A stretch of DNA of 63,732 nt, filler included, from Octopus bimaculoides (lineage: Eukaryota), in the NCBI RefSeq assembly GCF_001194135.2. It is 6 parts of 6 records of this genome, joined end to end, with 100 filler letters (N's around TTAATTAATTAA, not from the genome) between each part and the next. Parts side by side here need not be neighbours in the genome. Positions count along the whole stretch, not along the records: positions 10,545 to 38,503 come from NC_068997.1; 5 more parts are not named here. One strand, given 5' to 3'. Below, piece by piece: positions 22,421-37,120 of the stretch; position 1 is the first letter of the stretch, and each line of letters starts with the position of its first letter. A program made the position numbers and the translations under genes. A model generated the notes under the pieces. That model did no database searches. It was given only the letters and a program-made list of their open reading frames with translations, and was not told the DNA's origin.

Positions 22421-25400
22421 AATAATGTTGTTGCGTTGACAAAACTTTGGGCCTAACATCCTAAATGAGAAAACCGATTTGACTGAAAGAATTTTGAAAG
22501 GGCTTTTATTTTTAGACTGAGGTCAAACGGTCAAATCTATTCAACAATGTGGTTAGTCTTTAGCGACACCAATTACAAAGAACTAAGAGAAAGAGAGAGA
22601 GAGAGAGATACTCAAAGTTAGAGGGAGTTACTGACAGATCGAGAGAAGACAAAAACCTTCATATATTTTCAGCATTGCATGAATAACTTTGGTCAAAAAT
22701 CTTTCTTTTTTATTTTTTCAAGCAACTTTTATAGATAAAATTTTAGCCATTATTTTCTGAAACTGGCAAAACTATGTAGGGGGTACAAGTTTTGATTTTG
22801 AACCCCCTGCACCCCCTGTTCTCCGGCCCTTATGTCTTGGTGTATATATGCGCGCACGCACATATGCATACTCGACTGCCAACTTTTATGCTACTTTATA
22901 TTCTATTACAGGTTACAATAAATATATTAACATATGAGAATTTCGTATGATATTGAAAATCGGATGACTCTATGCCCTGGGCTTGTCGGGAAACTTCGTG
23001 TACAGCATGTGAGCCTTCCAGTCTTCCATGTTTGCATTTCATATTAAATATGTATCTGTATATGAATCTGTATATATATATATATATNNNNNNNNNNNNN
23101 NNNNNNNNNNNNNNNNNNNNNNNNNNNNNNNNNNNNNNNNNNNNNNNNNNNNNNNNNNNNNNNNNNNNNNNNNNNNNNNNNNNNNNNNNNNNNNNNNNNN
23201 NNNNNNNNNNNNNNNNNNNNNNNNNNNNNNNNNNNNNNNNNNNNNNNNNNNNNNNNNNNNNNNNNNNNNNNNNNNNNNNNNNNNNNNNNNNNNNNNNNNN
23301 NNNNNNNNNNNNNNNNNNNNNNNNNNNNNNNNNNNNNNNNNNNNNNNNNNNNNNNNNNNNNNNNNNNNNNNNNNNNNNNNNNNNNNNNNNNNNNNNNNNN
23401 NNNNNNNNNNNNNNNNNNNNNNNNNNNNNNNNNNNNNNNNNNNNNNNNNNNNNNNNNNNNNNNNNNNNNNNNNNNNNNNNNNNNNNNNNNNNNNNNNNNN
23501 NNNNNNNNNNNNNNNNNNNNNNNNNNNNNNNNNNNNNNNNNNNNNNNNNNNNNNNATATATATATATATATATATATACATATATACACACACACACACA
23601 CACATAAGTATTGTCCTAATCTGTATTTCATACCAGGACGTTGGTTCGTCTGGTATCGGAAGTTGGACGGCACGTTTGAATACAACGCAATGGAATCTTG
23701 TTCGGACATTTGTATAAAAGTCGAAATTAGATTTCAGCTCTTCCAGAATTTTCCATGTATAGATTATTACCTACCCCTAGCACCTTCGACCCAGGGAGTG
23801 AGGTCTTATTTTTTTTTGCCTCTTTTTGTAGTTTATCTGCTGCATTCTCATATTTTTATTATGGTAACATTACATCACTTCAAGCTCCGATTTTGATTTG
23901 ACACTATGTGGTGAGCACAGCTGAGAGCAGTAGTCCACACTTCTCCCACACAGTATATGTATTTGTAAACCTGTATATGTTTATATACATATTTATGTAT
24001 CTGTCTATCAATATATCTACCTCCTACTTCCTTTCTCACGCCACATATATGTATGTGTGTGTCTGTGTGTGTGTGTGCGTGTCTGTGCGTGTCTGTGTCT
24101 CTGTGTGTACATGTATATTTATGTATATGCATAATATATTTGCAAATGTATTTACAAAATTGAACATACGTATATATGTTTATCTATATATATATCTATA
24201 TATATATATANNNNNNNNNNNNNNNNNNNNNNNNNNNNNNNNNNNNNNNNNNNNNNNNNNNNNNNNNNNNNNNNNNNNNNNNNNNNNNNNNNNNNNNNNN
24301 NNNNNNNNNNNNNNNNNNNNNNNNNNNNNNNNNNNNNNNNNNNNNNNNNNNNNNNNNNNNNNNNNNNNNNNNNNNNNNNNNNNNNNNNNNNNNNNNNNNN
24401 NNNNNNNNNNNNNNNNNNNNNNNNNNNNNNNNNNNNNNNNNNNNNNNNNNNNNNNNNNNNNNNNNNNNNNNNNNNNNNNNNNNNNNNNNNNNNNNNNNNN
24501 NNNNNNNNNNNNNNNNNNNNNNNNNNNNNNNNNNNNNNNNNNNNNNNNNNNNNNNNNNNNNNNNNNNNNNNNNNNNNNNNNNNNNNNNNNNNNNNNNNNN
24601 NNNNNNNNNNNNNNNNNNNNNNNNNNNNNNNNNNNNNNNNNNNNNNNNNNNNNNNNNNNNNNNNNNNNNNNNNNNNNNNNNNNNNNNNNNNNNNNNNNNN
24701 NNNNNNNNNNNNNNNNNNNNNNNNNNNNNNNNNNNNNNNNNNNNNNNNNNNNNNNNNNNNNNNNNNNNNNNNNNNNNNNNNNNNNNNNNNNNNNNNNNNN
24801 NNNNNNNNNNNNNNNNNNNNNNNNNNNNNNNNNNNNNNNNNNNNNNNNNNNNNNNNNNNNNNNNNNNNNNNNNNNNNNNNNNNNNNNNNNNNNNNATATA
24901 TACATATGTATCCGTATGCATGTATTAATGTGTGTGCGTATGTTATTTATGTATGTATGTATGTCTCACTTTTCCTATGCCCTACGGTTACTTAAGAGAC
25001 ACGACTACTTTTTCTTCTCCGAACCAAACTTCTAAAACTCTCTCATTGAACCTTGTCTTTTGGATAATAAGCTTACAAAAGAGAATTTACAAAACATGGA
25101 TGTCTCCATTGTTTTTATTCCTTTCTGTATCGTCAGCCGATATTTTCACTATAAACAAAACCTTTATGTTTCATAACATTTTCTAATCCTTTTGTGTGCT
25201 AGTTTCATAACTTCTGTCGGCCTTTCTACTCTATCGGCTGCTTATACTGAATTCTGTCTCTTCCTCTTCCAATTTGTTTGAAAAGTTTTGGGCTCTATAA
25301 CGCCTTATACGTGTTCATGAGATTGTAAATTATATATACTCTAACAGAAGTAAAATGTGTTATATAATGAAATGAAAAATATTCTGTCATTAACTTTATA

Positions 25401-26562
25401 TATCATGCTAAACATGCATTTCACTTAATCTTGTCAACAACAAATAATTCTTTTTGTAGAAACATGCAAGTGGAGTTTGCTGAATATGCAAAATATGTTA
25501 CATAATCGAAAAATTAGGTTTCTGTCGATATATCAGTAAGTTAGAGGAATATTTACATAGTCCCTTAATCTTCTGGAAACCTTAGTAAGCTTCGAGAATA
25601 AAGGGATAGACTGGATAATGTAGTCCTTCATATTCCTAAACGACCTTCATTTTGGCAATATAGTTTTAAGTTAACTGTAAAATAAGAAATTAAGAGAAAA
25701 CCACTCGGATTATTCAATTGCTTCTCCTCTTGTGTCATGAAATTACACTCTTGATAGGTGTTGATAGGTAGTAGTGCTTATGAGAAAACTACCATGAGCT
25801 TAGCTTCTCTGTTCTTTTTTTTATTATTTTTCTCTTGAGATGATAGGTACCTTGTGCGTAATCTTGAGAAAGTGTTCCCTGATTACGGTAGACTTAATAC
25901 AGCTACTATGGAACTTAATCTTAACCTTGATATGCAATGAAACCTAGAAGAAACTCTTTACTCTCACTCTTACAATGAACACCCAGAAAGAAACTTATAA
26001 ACTTACAACATCTACACAAATACCTTTGTAAACATCAAAGCACAAGAGAAATAATTTCCTTACAAATGAAAAGAAGAAATGCCCTAAATAATAAGTAAAG
26101 ACAGGACTAGCCTAAACTTACCACTTGTCTGCATTCTTTTTGGAAAAGAAAAGTTGACTCATCGAATTACTAAGGACTTAAATTCTGGACTTTGTATGTT
26201 TGCCCTTTTTATTGTCAAAGCAAAAAGATTTAATAATGCTAAAAGCAACAAAATTCAGTCACATCTCGTGCCTTCCTAACAAAATAGAAAGAACCAACAG
26301 GCGTGTTTACAAATTTCTACATACATGAATAAATTCTAAACAATAACATAACCACAAACTTAATCAATTAAAATTTTTTCAAAAATATTTTTCCATAAAC
26401 ACCAAATCACCACCCAATGAAACCCACGGACCCAAAGATAATTTTAACTCAAGTGAGACTATATAAAGGAAAAACTAACTGTATCGCATTGGCTTAGCTG
26501 GCCAAAAATTCGAAGTCACTGTCTACCATATTCTTGTTTAAGAACTATATATACATATATAT

Positions 26563-26646
<84 letters not shown>

Positions 26647-26684
26647 NNNNNNNNNNNNNNNNNNNNNNNNNNNNNNNNNNNNNN

Positions 26685-26745
<61 letters not shown>

Positions 26746-28149
26746 GTGTGTACTTAGCTGAATAGCAATGTTTAAAATTCCGAAAACTATGCTAGAGTAT
26801 GGCTTCAGTCCATTACGTGAACCACTGAAACGATTCCATTTCAAATTTTTGATGTAGGGGTCATTTATTAATTAATGAGGGTAAGGTCTGTGTAATTATA
26901 TCCCATGTGAAATTGGACGGCTTTGAGTTTCATTAAAAAAGGTCAATCCACGAACGTATCACGAGCTAATCGATCGGATGATCTGTTGATCCAATATATA
27001 TTATATTTATCTGTCAATATGTCTATATTATTATTTGAGTATATATTTCGAGCATTGATTGGTGAATCGATTATTCAAACAATTCGTTAAATTAACCTAT
27101 TCCAGACAATATATGCAACTATTTGAAAAAAACAAAAAAAAAAACAGAAATTGTTGTAGATAATACGACGTGGAGCAGATAAGCTGAAATATGTTTTAAA
27201 TGCTGTGACTATTAGATTGCGGCTATAATAATAGCTGTTCCAATGAGGCAGGTTAGAATTTATTCCCAATCTTTGGTAAATAAAGGAAAACACACTGTTT
27301 GAAAGAGGTGAGGCATGACAGCCTTATTGTCCCCTTTGCCATTCTTTCACTCCCTCCTTTACTCACTCCATCACTCACTCATACACCCTTCCTACCTGTC
27401 CTTTTCTTTTCTTTCTGAAATTCCTTCTTTTCCATATATTCTATCTTTATTATGTATTCATCGCTGGCTTTTTGAAGGCGGTTTTAAAGAATGTTTTTAA
27501 AGGATTGTTCCATATTTTCAATGTTCAAGATTTACCAGTGGATTTTTTAGTAACGTTGCCGTGTTCATGACTTGGATAATTCTTTTATCGTTTCACAGCT
27601 ATTATTCCACCTTTTTTTTTTATCTCTAAAGAAATTATATTTTTCTGAATAGGTTCCTTACTTCAAATGCCACCAGCTTTTGTTTTTAGTTTCTATGTCT
27701 CTTTATCCACTTTGAAAGCGCATTGTTTATTGCTTCTATATTTATTAGATACTCTTTTTATTTTTATTAAGCTTTATGTTTACTGTAATATTTAGAACAC
27801 ACCATTTTAGTAGACATCAGTTTTTAACATCTCTACTTAAAACAATAACAAAATATCCACACTTTCTATTTTGTTTTTGCACAAGATGAAATCTTTTCTT
27901 CTTTACTTATGCTTTAGAATATGCAAAAAGGATTCATGTATTCATAGGAACATGTGTGCGCTTTCACATTGTAAAGTTGTTAAATTCCATTCCACGTTGA
28001 CTCACACATCTGACGTTTAAAGACGCAGCTATTAACTTCACCAGCTTTCCAAAATAGTGTTGCACCACTATCTTCCTCTTTATTCTTCAAAGTTAATGCA
28101 TCAAAACACGTGCATTCAAGTTTAATTATTGCTAATACACAGAACATTA

Positions 28150-28330
28150 CAGCTGACAAAACTCTATATCAAACTGATTCTACCACCTGGTCTTAAATAT
28201 ATAAACATCATCCGCCTTCTACAAAACTCGTTGATTATGCCGGAAAAAAAATCAGTATTAGCAATCTTTATGGATCTAAGCTTTATTAATAAGCTTATAC
28301 ATTCTTATTGTTTATCAAACTGAGCTGAAA
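28150..28330 (+). mobile_element. Possible LINE RT fragment
   Basis: KKSVLAIFMDLS resembles the xxFxDLSKAFD motif; nothing else is recognisable. Confidence 0.25.
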
Positions 28331-28539
28331 AGGACATGTTAGAATAAACTACAATAATTTATAATGAAAACCATGTATAGTTGTTCATGGACAAGAAAGG
28401 ATCGTGAGTTCAGTTTTTATTTGGCGTCTTAATAATATTCGTTCTTTTTGTCTCTTGTTAAAGAGACAAAAGCAATCGCAGCATACAGAGTTAGAGTGAT
28501 ATTGAGGTCAGCATGCAGCTGCTATATGATTCTTCCTAA

Positions 28540-28710
28540 ACTGGACACAAAGCTAGCAAATTAAGGGTCAAAGAGGTTAGTGGATTACATGCTCAAATGG
28601 TGCATAAATTACCGATCCCCGAAAGGATGAAAGGCAAAGATGAACTCGGCAGCATTCGAACCCAGAAATTAAAGCCAAAACAAATGCTACAATGCATTTT
28701 GTCCAAGAAA
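28540..28710 (-). mobile_element. SINE family B, diverged
   Basis: CGATCCCCGAAAGGATGAAAGGCAAAGATGAACTCGGCAGCATTCGAACCCAGAA is the reverse-complement family core. Confidence 0.75.
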
Positions 28711-29136
28711 TCCGCAAATATTTTTATACTATCCTATCTTTTTCCCTATCGAATTCACTTCAGTGGGATTTGAACGCAGAAACTGCAAATATGAATTCGG
28801 TACAGATATAAATTTAGAAATCGATTAACTTCACTTTTTCTCATATATACGTTTCAGAATTTCAAGCGGGAGCAGTTGTGATTCTCTAGTTATCTGATAA
28901 CGTGCCGTATAATTGAAATTGTCTCTATTGATCACCAGTAGACAAGCAAAATAACTTTGGGCAATTTGTCTTCTTCATTCTTTCTTACTTGTTTTTTTCT
29001 TCTTTTATTTATTCTTTTATTTCTAGAAATTGTGTGGACATTGTCAAATTTGGCGGAAGAATTATCATATTTCTGGACTTTATTAAGTTAGTAGTGTCTA
29101 GCGTAGAAGTGATGTAACCTAAGTGCGAAATCTTAC

Positions 29137-29230
29137 CTCAGTATTCGAAGTTCTTCCATATTGTATGCATACCTGAAACGCTCACCAGAAAGACATCGAC
29201 CTTCAGTAAATCGGTGACACTGCAGATCAA
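29137..29230 (-). pseudogene. Orphan exon-like segment encoding a degenerate CCCH zinc finger
   Basis: Pyrimidine tract plus CAG acceptor (29233-29231) and AG|GTAAG donor (29136). The 94-nt open frame reads DLQCHRFTEGRCLSGERFRYAYNMEELRILR. Confidence 0.35.
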
Positions 29231-31244
29231 CTGTGTCATGAAGGTAAAGGATAAAACGTGAATAGTAAACGTTTAGTTTTGTCTGTTACTGTTTTGATTT
29301 TTAAATGAGTGGATTCGATTTGTTTTTTCATATCTTCCAGCAAGATCAATAAAATGAGTACCAAATATATGCAACAGAAGTGAATTTAAGCAAGTATACT
29401 GATAATAAGAAGTGCCTTTGTTTCGCACCAATATAAGAAATCAATATTCTGCTGAAAATCCAAAGCTAGATTTCCATTATTACAAGAAGGAATTATTCTT
29501 TGTTTATTTTGAAAGTTTCCTTTTTGTAGCCCATTTCTCATATATTTTAACAATCATATAGTTGTTCATAGTAAACTTTATTTCTTGTGTATCTTCTATG
29601 TTTACTGCATATATTCTCTAGTGCTTGCAGCTGCACTGAACTCTGTTGTTTCATTACGGTTACGAGTAACTTTTATGGCATTAATCCCGCTAAAATACTT
29701 ATTGTAATATTAATATTCTTCGTGGTAATACCGAACCAATTTACTACCTGACTCTATGAAGATGCCCACTTTCTCTTTAATAAATTACCTTCTAACACAA
29801 TTCGACTCGACTCACTGCAATATTTAGCTGAAAACTACTTATTTCCTGATGCAGTATTTATACAAATCAAATTGTTCTTGAAGCACTTGGGAAAAATCTT
29901 TTCTACTCTATCTTCGAATCTAATTATATTATCATCTACTTATGTGTTTTTCTTTTTTTACTTTTCAACCTGTGAGGTTTTATGCTACAGCTCACAAAGT
30001 TTTGATTTCCAGTATTTTAATGTTTACCCTGTTATTTTTTTTTGAAATTGTTCAAATTAGAATGGAAAGGGAAATGCATATCTTCAGTTTTTCGTAAATA
30101 TAAATTTAATGATGTCACGAAATGAGGAAGTAATTCGGTGGAGTTATAAATCGAAATAATCCAAATATTCCTTGAAATACACTGGATACTATTTTTTCTT
30201 GTAAACTCTTCATTGTGGAAAATAAATTAGAAATTCCCCACAAGAATTTTGAATTTAACAGGCAGTACACAATCGTCTTTATAATGTAGTTGAAAATATC
30301 ATTTTAATATCGTTACTTTTTATATAATGTTCTTCAATATTTTCACATTTGCTTTGAGCTTTACTTAGCATGATGAAGTATTACTGTTGATTACATGTTC
30401 TTTGTCACCGAACAGATACTGTTCCCAAAAGAAATAATAAGAACCTTGAAAGTCGTCAATGAAGATGTTTTCAAACAACCGTTTAGTTTGTGAATATCTA
30501 GGAAGCCATAATATATAACCTTTTATGGCAATCCCTTCTTTGGTCTCAGACAGTTAAATATCAATAAGGACAGTTGAGATTTTTGGTTTTCATTTTCGTT
30601 ATTATAACTGCTATGATGGTCCCAGCAATAATGATTTATAACATTGTCACAAGCCAACCCTTTTTAAAGACAATGCTTAACAATAATTCCTTTCATTGGC
30701 AAAGGTCCAAAGATATGGTGGAGGAGATTAGTTACGTAAATAGTATTTTATCGACCCTGGAAAGTTGAAAGATAAAATTGACTTCGGTACAAGTTGAACT
30801 CAGGCGGTAAATAGTTGCAACAAGTATTCGATGCTCAAATGATTCTGCAAAACCACCAACTTATTATCAATAATGCTAAATGGTAATAGCAATATACGCC
30901 ATAACAATTTGAGGGGAGGGGAGTATGGTCGATAACATCAGTCCTTATGCCTTACTGGTGCGATTTTTTTTAATTGAAAAATTTGTTCACCAGTAGGCAT
31001 TGTGATCCACGTTCTACTCAGTCGACTAACCAACCGTCTCAATAAAGAGGATTCAATTGTGATAGTCAAATAACTATGTTCTGTTCTTTGACTTAGAGTA
31101 AATGAAATATGACTATACTGAAGGCAGTATTTTCTTTTTTTTTCTTTTTTGAAGGAGGAAAAGATAGCGCTCGTGACCTTTGTTGTCCCACGAGACAGAT
31201 ATCAATAATTGTGCTGTGCCCGCATTTCAAGCCTGTTGGCGCCA

Positions 31245-31279
31245 CGACCACTACCACTACAGCCACCGCCGCCGCCGCA

Positions 31280-31337
<58 letters not shown>
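31245..31337. repeat. (ACC/GCC)-(ACT)n microsatellite
   Basis: Directly visible. Confidence 0.95.
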
Positions 31338-32795
31338 ATTTATTCACACGCGTGCATCACATGCCATTTTGGTGCTGTCTGATGAAGAATAACTTATCTG
31401 ATTGATGGCTATGGGTAGACAGAAAGTGCATGCAAGGCCCTCGGATAGATTATAACGTATGTAATTTGCGCTCGTGTCTGTTGAATAGTCACTGAAAGGA
31501 CGCATATATGGAGGTCTCTCTCGCCGATAAAACTGAATGAGAAATCAGTAGTAAGGGTAAAATATATTTTAAAACGAAAATACCCTTTGTCAGTGAATCT
31601 ACACAAATAATTCCTTTCAAGCGTACACATAAGACGATAAGCAGAAAGGGAGTACTACATGGAGAGTAAAGGATGAAAATGTACACTCACGTGAATCACA
31701 CACACGTTCCCATGACTCCGGAAAGGTGGATTGGAGAGCTTTAATCTGGAAAGTGGCAAATAAATTAGGAAAAAGAAAGGTGTTCTGCGCTAATAGAAAA
31801 TCAAGCAGAGCCAATTCGACCCTCTCCTAATTGTGTAAACTGGGCGGGTGCATAATTTGTTGTTATGTGCGAGGCACAAAAGATTCATACCAGGAATGTA
31901 GGGATGCAAAACCCAAATAGATCTGTTCTGGTGTTCTCTTACATCACTCACCATGTCATATGAGAAGTTTCGTTAGTTGAAATTAGTCTACACCAAACAT
32001 GTACTAAAGCGGATCGCAGGCGGGAACATATATAACGTCACCATGCTGCCCTTTTTCGGATTCTAAGGATGCATTCTTTTGAAAATGATGCCACAGATCG
32101 CTTGTCCTATGTTTCGTGTATTGTCATGTCTCTGTTTACTGTGGTCGTCTGTACAATGCTGGGTTTTCCTTTGTTTTGCTGGAGTTTCCAACAGCAATAT
32201 TCATAACCAGGCAAGTCAGTTGGTGACGGTTTAATCACCAAATCCTGACAAAGCAGCACATCGTACTGGATTACATGTTACTGCAAGCACTCAAATCGAC
32301 CCGACAGACACATAAGCGAACACATACGCGCATGCATACATACATACTCACATAATACATACATACATACATACATACGTGTTAGTGCGTGTGACTGAAG
32401 GTGGTTGACCTAGTGGTTAGAGTGTTTAGTCCATGATAATAATTTTGTGTTCAATTCCTGGACCTGATAACGCGTTGTAATGCTTCATTTCACGTTGCTT
32501 CTCTCTACTAAAATGTAATGAATACTAGCTAGGTATCAGTCATCTCTCTCTCTCTCTCTCTCAGCTTTTTCCTCACAGTATCCATATTTGTAAACTCATC
32601 CACCATCTTTTGATTTATAGCCAACACAATCATTCTGCTTTGGTTTTGGTTTGAAACACTTTAAACAAATGCTACATTAAATGTGGAACAGAAATGTAGA
32701 CATTACTCTGTAATATTCTTCTACAGGCTACGCTATAACGCATTTTAAGCTGCTGAACGAAATCGTGTTTTAACAGCAGAAGCATATAATTGAAC

Positions 32796-33005
32796 GGCGA
32801 GCTGGAAGAATCGTTAGCACGCCGGGAAAAATGCTTATCTGCATTTCGTCCGTTTTTACGCTCTTAGTTCAAATTCCGCCGAGGTCGACTTTGTCTTACA
32901 TTCTTTCGGGATCGATAAAATAAGTACCAGTTGAGCACTAGGATCGATGTAATCGAGTTACCTCCATCCTGGAATTGCTGGCCTTGTGCCAAATCTTGAA
33001 AGCAA
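32796..33005 (+). mobile_element. SINE family B
   Basis: GGCGAGCTGGAAGAATCGTTAGCACGCCGGG..GTTCAAATTCCGCCGAGGTCGACTTTG..GATCGATAAAATAAGTACCAG..GGCCTTGTGCC. Confidence 0.9.
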
Positions 33006-33169
33006 TATCAGAAACATGTAACTGGGCTTGATTTCTCAGCAGCTGTTTCACTTAGTTGCAGATAAAAACAAAATTCCGACAATATTAGCGTTTTCAAAGT
33101 AAATGTGGAATTACCACGAGTACTATAAGTAAATATTGTTGTCACTGGTAACTTTTAACTTCCTCTCAA

Positions 33170-33780
33170 TGGTCTGCCGTGTGAGTTGAAATGTAAAACG
33201 TGATACGATCTTAGCGTTATTGGTGTTGACAGTGGAAAGGAGAAAGTACGAGGGGAATTGTAACGAAACCTAGTGGCACACATGAGCGGTGGGGCTGTTT
33301 GTATATTTTCTGACAGTATGGACAGACTATGTTATTTCGATCTAGGGGATAGCAGAGGAAAGGATGTCTAAGCGAGCATCTGAGGAAGGAGATTATTGAG
33401 CAGAGTATGAACTTCTCTGCTGATGTCAAATGGGAATTGTTTCGCTAATTTCCTCAATGACAAGGGACCAATCAGCAGACGTATATGGCATAAGAGGGCT
33501 TGTAAATTTGGCTTTATACAAACCTTATTGCTGATCATTTTTAATGGAGAAGGTTCAAAGTGTTTGAGTAGATTCTTAATAGTCTCCTCCACCACATATG
33601 TGATGGGGTAAGCGTTGTGTCGACGCCCAAAGACGATGAAGTAGGCTAGCCCAATACGTAGATATAGATAGAGGGGTCTAGACGTCAAGTAGTTAAGTAG
33701 AGCTCGTCCAAACGTGCGATATAACAGTAAGTTCGAGCTATAAGTAACAAATCGCAAAGGTTTGAATGGGCCGTCATAGC
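33170..33780 (-). mobile_element. Decayed retroelement, possibly Penelope-like
   Basis: Higher-GC block with a weak minus-strand peptide (LSENIQTAPPLM); no diagnostic motif. Confidence 0.25.
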
Positions 33781-34539
33781 ATTGTGGACTTAATCGATTA
33801 AGTGTATTCTTCCGAAACTTCTTGTCGTGTCATGAATTTCTAAACCATTACTAATGTTTGTGGCATATTTATTTAGCTTGCCCTAATAATATCTTCGAGG
33901 AATCTATGACGTTATGCAAACATTTTTTCCAATCTTTTATAAACCTGAGACCTGAAATCTATCGAGTGAATTAATTATACTATTACAGCGCTGGTTGGCT
34001 AAATGACTCGGAGAAGTAGGAATAAGTGGTATTGACGCCTTGCCCAATGACACTAGCGGTGGAGAAGGGTCCCTGGCTCCCTAATGTTCGTAAAACATGT
34101 CAATAGCTCCAATATTAACTGCACTGATCTCATCGGTTTTTGTGACCTTGCAAAGTCCCTGGGCGCATCACATTCCTCCAAACCAACAGAAATATAATAA
34201 TATAAATTATGAAGTTTACAAACGTTGATAATTGTAAATGCAATGGTGAGATAATGGAGAAAAGTAGAATAGGCACACACACACACAAGTACACTCACAC
34301 ATACACATTACATGCACATGTATACATTAACGCACTTACTCACACATAAGAGAAAGTGAGAGAGAGAGAGAGAGAGTGTGTGTGTGAGAGAGTGAGTGAG
34401 GGAGAGAGAGGGAGGATATCCGCTGAGTGTGATAAATATAACATCTAACCATTTACATATCTCTAATGAGGCAATATATAGGTAGGTGGGTGCGGGTGAG
34501 GTAATTATATTACAGACTTCTAAAACAATTATAAAACCA

Positions 34540-34641
34540 AGAATGTTTACAATATGATAAATGAAGAATTTGTTTTCTCGTTGTGAAGACATTGATAACA
34601 ATATCGATAATAATAATGTGGCAGCTGCTGATTACGATGCC

Positions 34642-34685
<44 letters not shown>

Positions 34686-34718
34686 CGATGACGATGACGA
34701 TGACGACGACGACAATGT

Positions 34719-34749
<31 letters not shown>

Positions 34750-35242
34750 GATCATGATGGTGATGATGATGATGATGATGATGGTGGTGATGATGACCAC
34801 GATGACGACGACAATTTGATGATGATAATGATAATGATGATGATGATGACAATGACGGCGACAACAACGACGACAATGTTAATGAAGATGATAATGATGA
34901 TGGTGATGATGATGATGATGATGATGATAATGCTGTTGCTCGTAATGTTATTGTGTTGGTGGTGTTGTGGACGATGACGACGATGCCAGCGACAACAACG
35001 ATGTTGTTTGTAATGATGATGGAGGTGGTGACGACAGTCGTAGTTCTGCTGGCGGCATTGGTGGTGCTGCAGCAGGGGCTGGCTTATGGCGATACTTTAG
35101 ATGAAGGCAATGTTGAGACTACTGCTACAGTTGCTACTACTGCTGCTGCTGCTGCTGGTGGTGATGATGATGATGCTGCTGATGATGATGATGAAGATCA
35201 TGATAGTGATTATGATGATGATGATGGTGGTGATGATGAAGG

Positions 35243-35275
<33 letters not shown>

Positions 35276-35468
35276 CTGTGATGGCAATATGAACGATGAT
35301 GGAGGCGGTGGCAGCGACGGTGATGGATGTGTGTGATGAGAGTGGTGTTAGGGTGATGGCGTTGGGGGATGAGGCAGAACTGATGCTGTTGTTGCTGAAT
35401 GGTATTAGGGTTTGAGATGAAGATTTTGGAAGCGATGCTTATGATTATATTCATGTTCCTGATAATGA

Positions 35469-35523
<55 letters not shown>

Positions 35524-36335
35524 ATTAGCATCATCATGCCAATAATGGTAGTAAATATGATGGTGACGACGGTGATGATGATGATGACAGTTAAGATGAT
35601 GATTATGATGATGAGGTTGGTGATGACGACGACGACGTTGGCTGTGTGGGTTGAGGTGTTGGCGTTGGTGGCAGTGCCAGACCCGGTGCTGTTTAGATTT
35701 CGAACTATAAATAAAATATTAATGAGCAGGAAATGACTAAGAATGACAGTAACAACAACAACAACAACAACAACAACGACGACGACGACGACGACGATGA
35801 CAACACACGACAACTATAAGCAACAATAACAAGAGCAGCAACAACAATAAGCAATCACAGTATCAACAATAAACAACAATAACAACAATAACAACAACAG
35901 CAGTAAAGGCACATCTATCTTGAACCTTCATCAACGAAATAAAAATAGTAACAAAAGTGGGCGTCTCTGCGGATGCTGGAGTTGGTGATGAAGATTATGA
36001 TGGTATTGATGAGGTAGAAGGGGAATGGTGGGTGGGGGGTTGGAAGTGCTGATGATGGTAAAAATGGGATGATGATAATGATGATGATGATGATGATGGT
36101 GATGATGGTGATGATGATGATGATGATGATGGTGGTGGTGATGATGATGGTGGTGGTGGTGGTGGTAGCTAAGATAATAATGGTGATGAGGATGATAATG
36201 ATGATGATGATGGTGGTGGTGGTAATGCTGATGCTGACGACAATGATTAAGATGATGATGTTGATGTTGATATGGATTACGAAAATGGCGATTATATTTG
36301 TGATAGTAATCCTTGGCTATAGCGATGATGATGAA

Positions 36336-36372
<37 letters not shown>

Positions 36373-37120
36373 TTGGAGATGATAATGAAGATGATGACGA
36401 TGATGATGATGATGATGATGATGATTATGATGAGGATGATGATGATGAGGACGATGGCTAAGATGATGATGAAGAGGATGATGGCGATTAAGATGGTGAT
36501 GATGAAAAATTGAAGGCGGGAAAGAAGAGAAAGCGTGAAGAAAATTAGATTTTAGCGGGGAGTATGAGAAAGCTGGCCATTATCTCGACGTATCAAACAT
36601 CTCTCAATGTGTCTTTGATATATCACCAATAAAAATTCAGTCTCTTCCTTGCAGAACATTCTTTCATTCCTTTCATAGCGCTATCTTTTTCCTCTACAAC
36701 TTTTCCCTTGCTTTTAGTTGCTCTTTTATTCGATAATATATTTTTTAAAAATTCCGTGTTGTTGTTGTTATTATTATTGTAATCGCTGTTGTTGTTGTTG
36801 TCGTATTGATATAGTTGGCGCTCCCGCAGTTGTTACCCGTATTATTATAATTGTTATTCTTGCTGTTGTTGATTCTACAGCCATATCCTATTGTTCTTCT
36901 TATTGTTGTTGTTGTTGTTGCTGCTAGTGTTTTGTCAGATACGTTTTTCATTGTTCTCGTTGTTGTTTTAATTGTTGTTCTTTTAATTATTTTGATTGTT
37001 TTAGTCGTTGCTTTGCCGCCGCTTTTGAGTTGCCACGTTTTTCCTCACTGCTGCTATTGTTACTGCCGCTGTTATTGTTGCTGTTGTTGTTGTTGTTATT
37101 GTTATTGCTACTGTTGTTGT
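34540..37120. repeat. About 2.6-kb complex trinucleotide satellite (GAT/GAC/GGT/GCT, AAC, GTT/TTG blocks)
   Basis: Directly visible; source of the poly-Asp/Met/His/Cys ORFs at 34510-37186. Confidence 0.95.

Noticed and set aside
17825-24928. Long ORFs containing X runs (also 41908-42939, 48015-48738, 56393-57563)
   Set aside because: They are read through N gaps and dinucleotide repeats.
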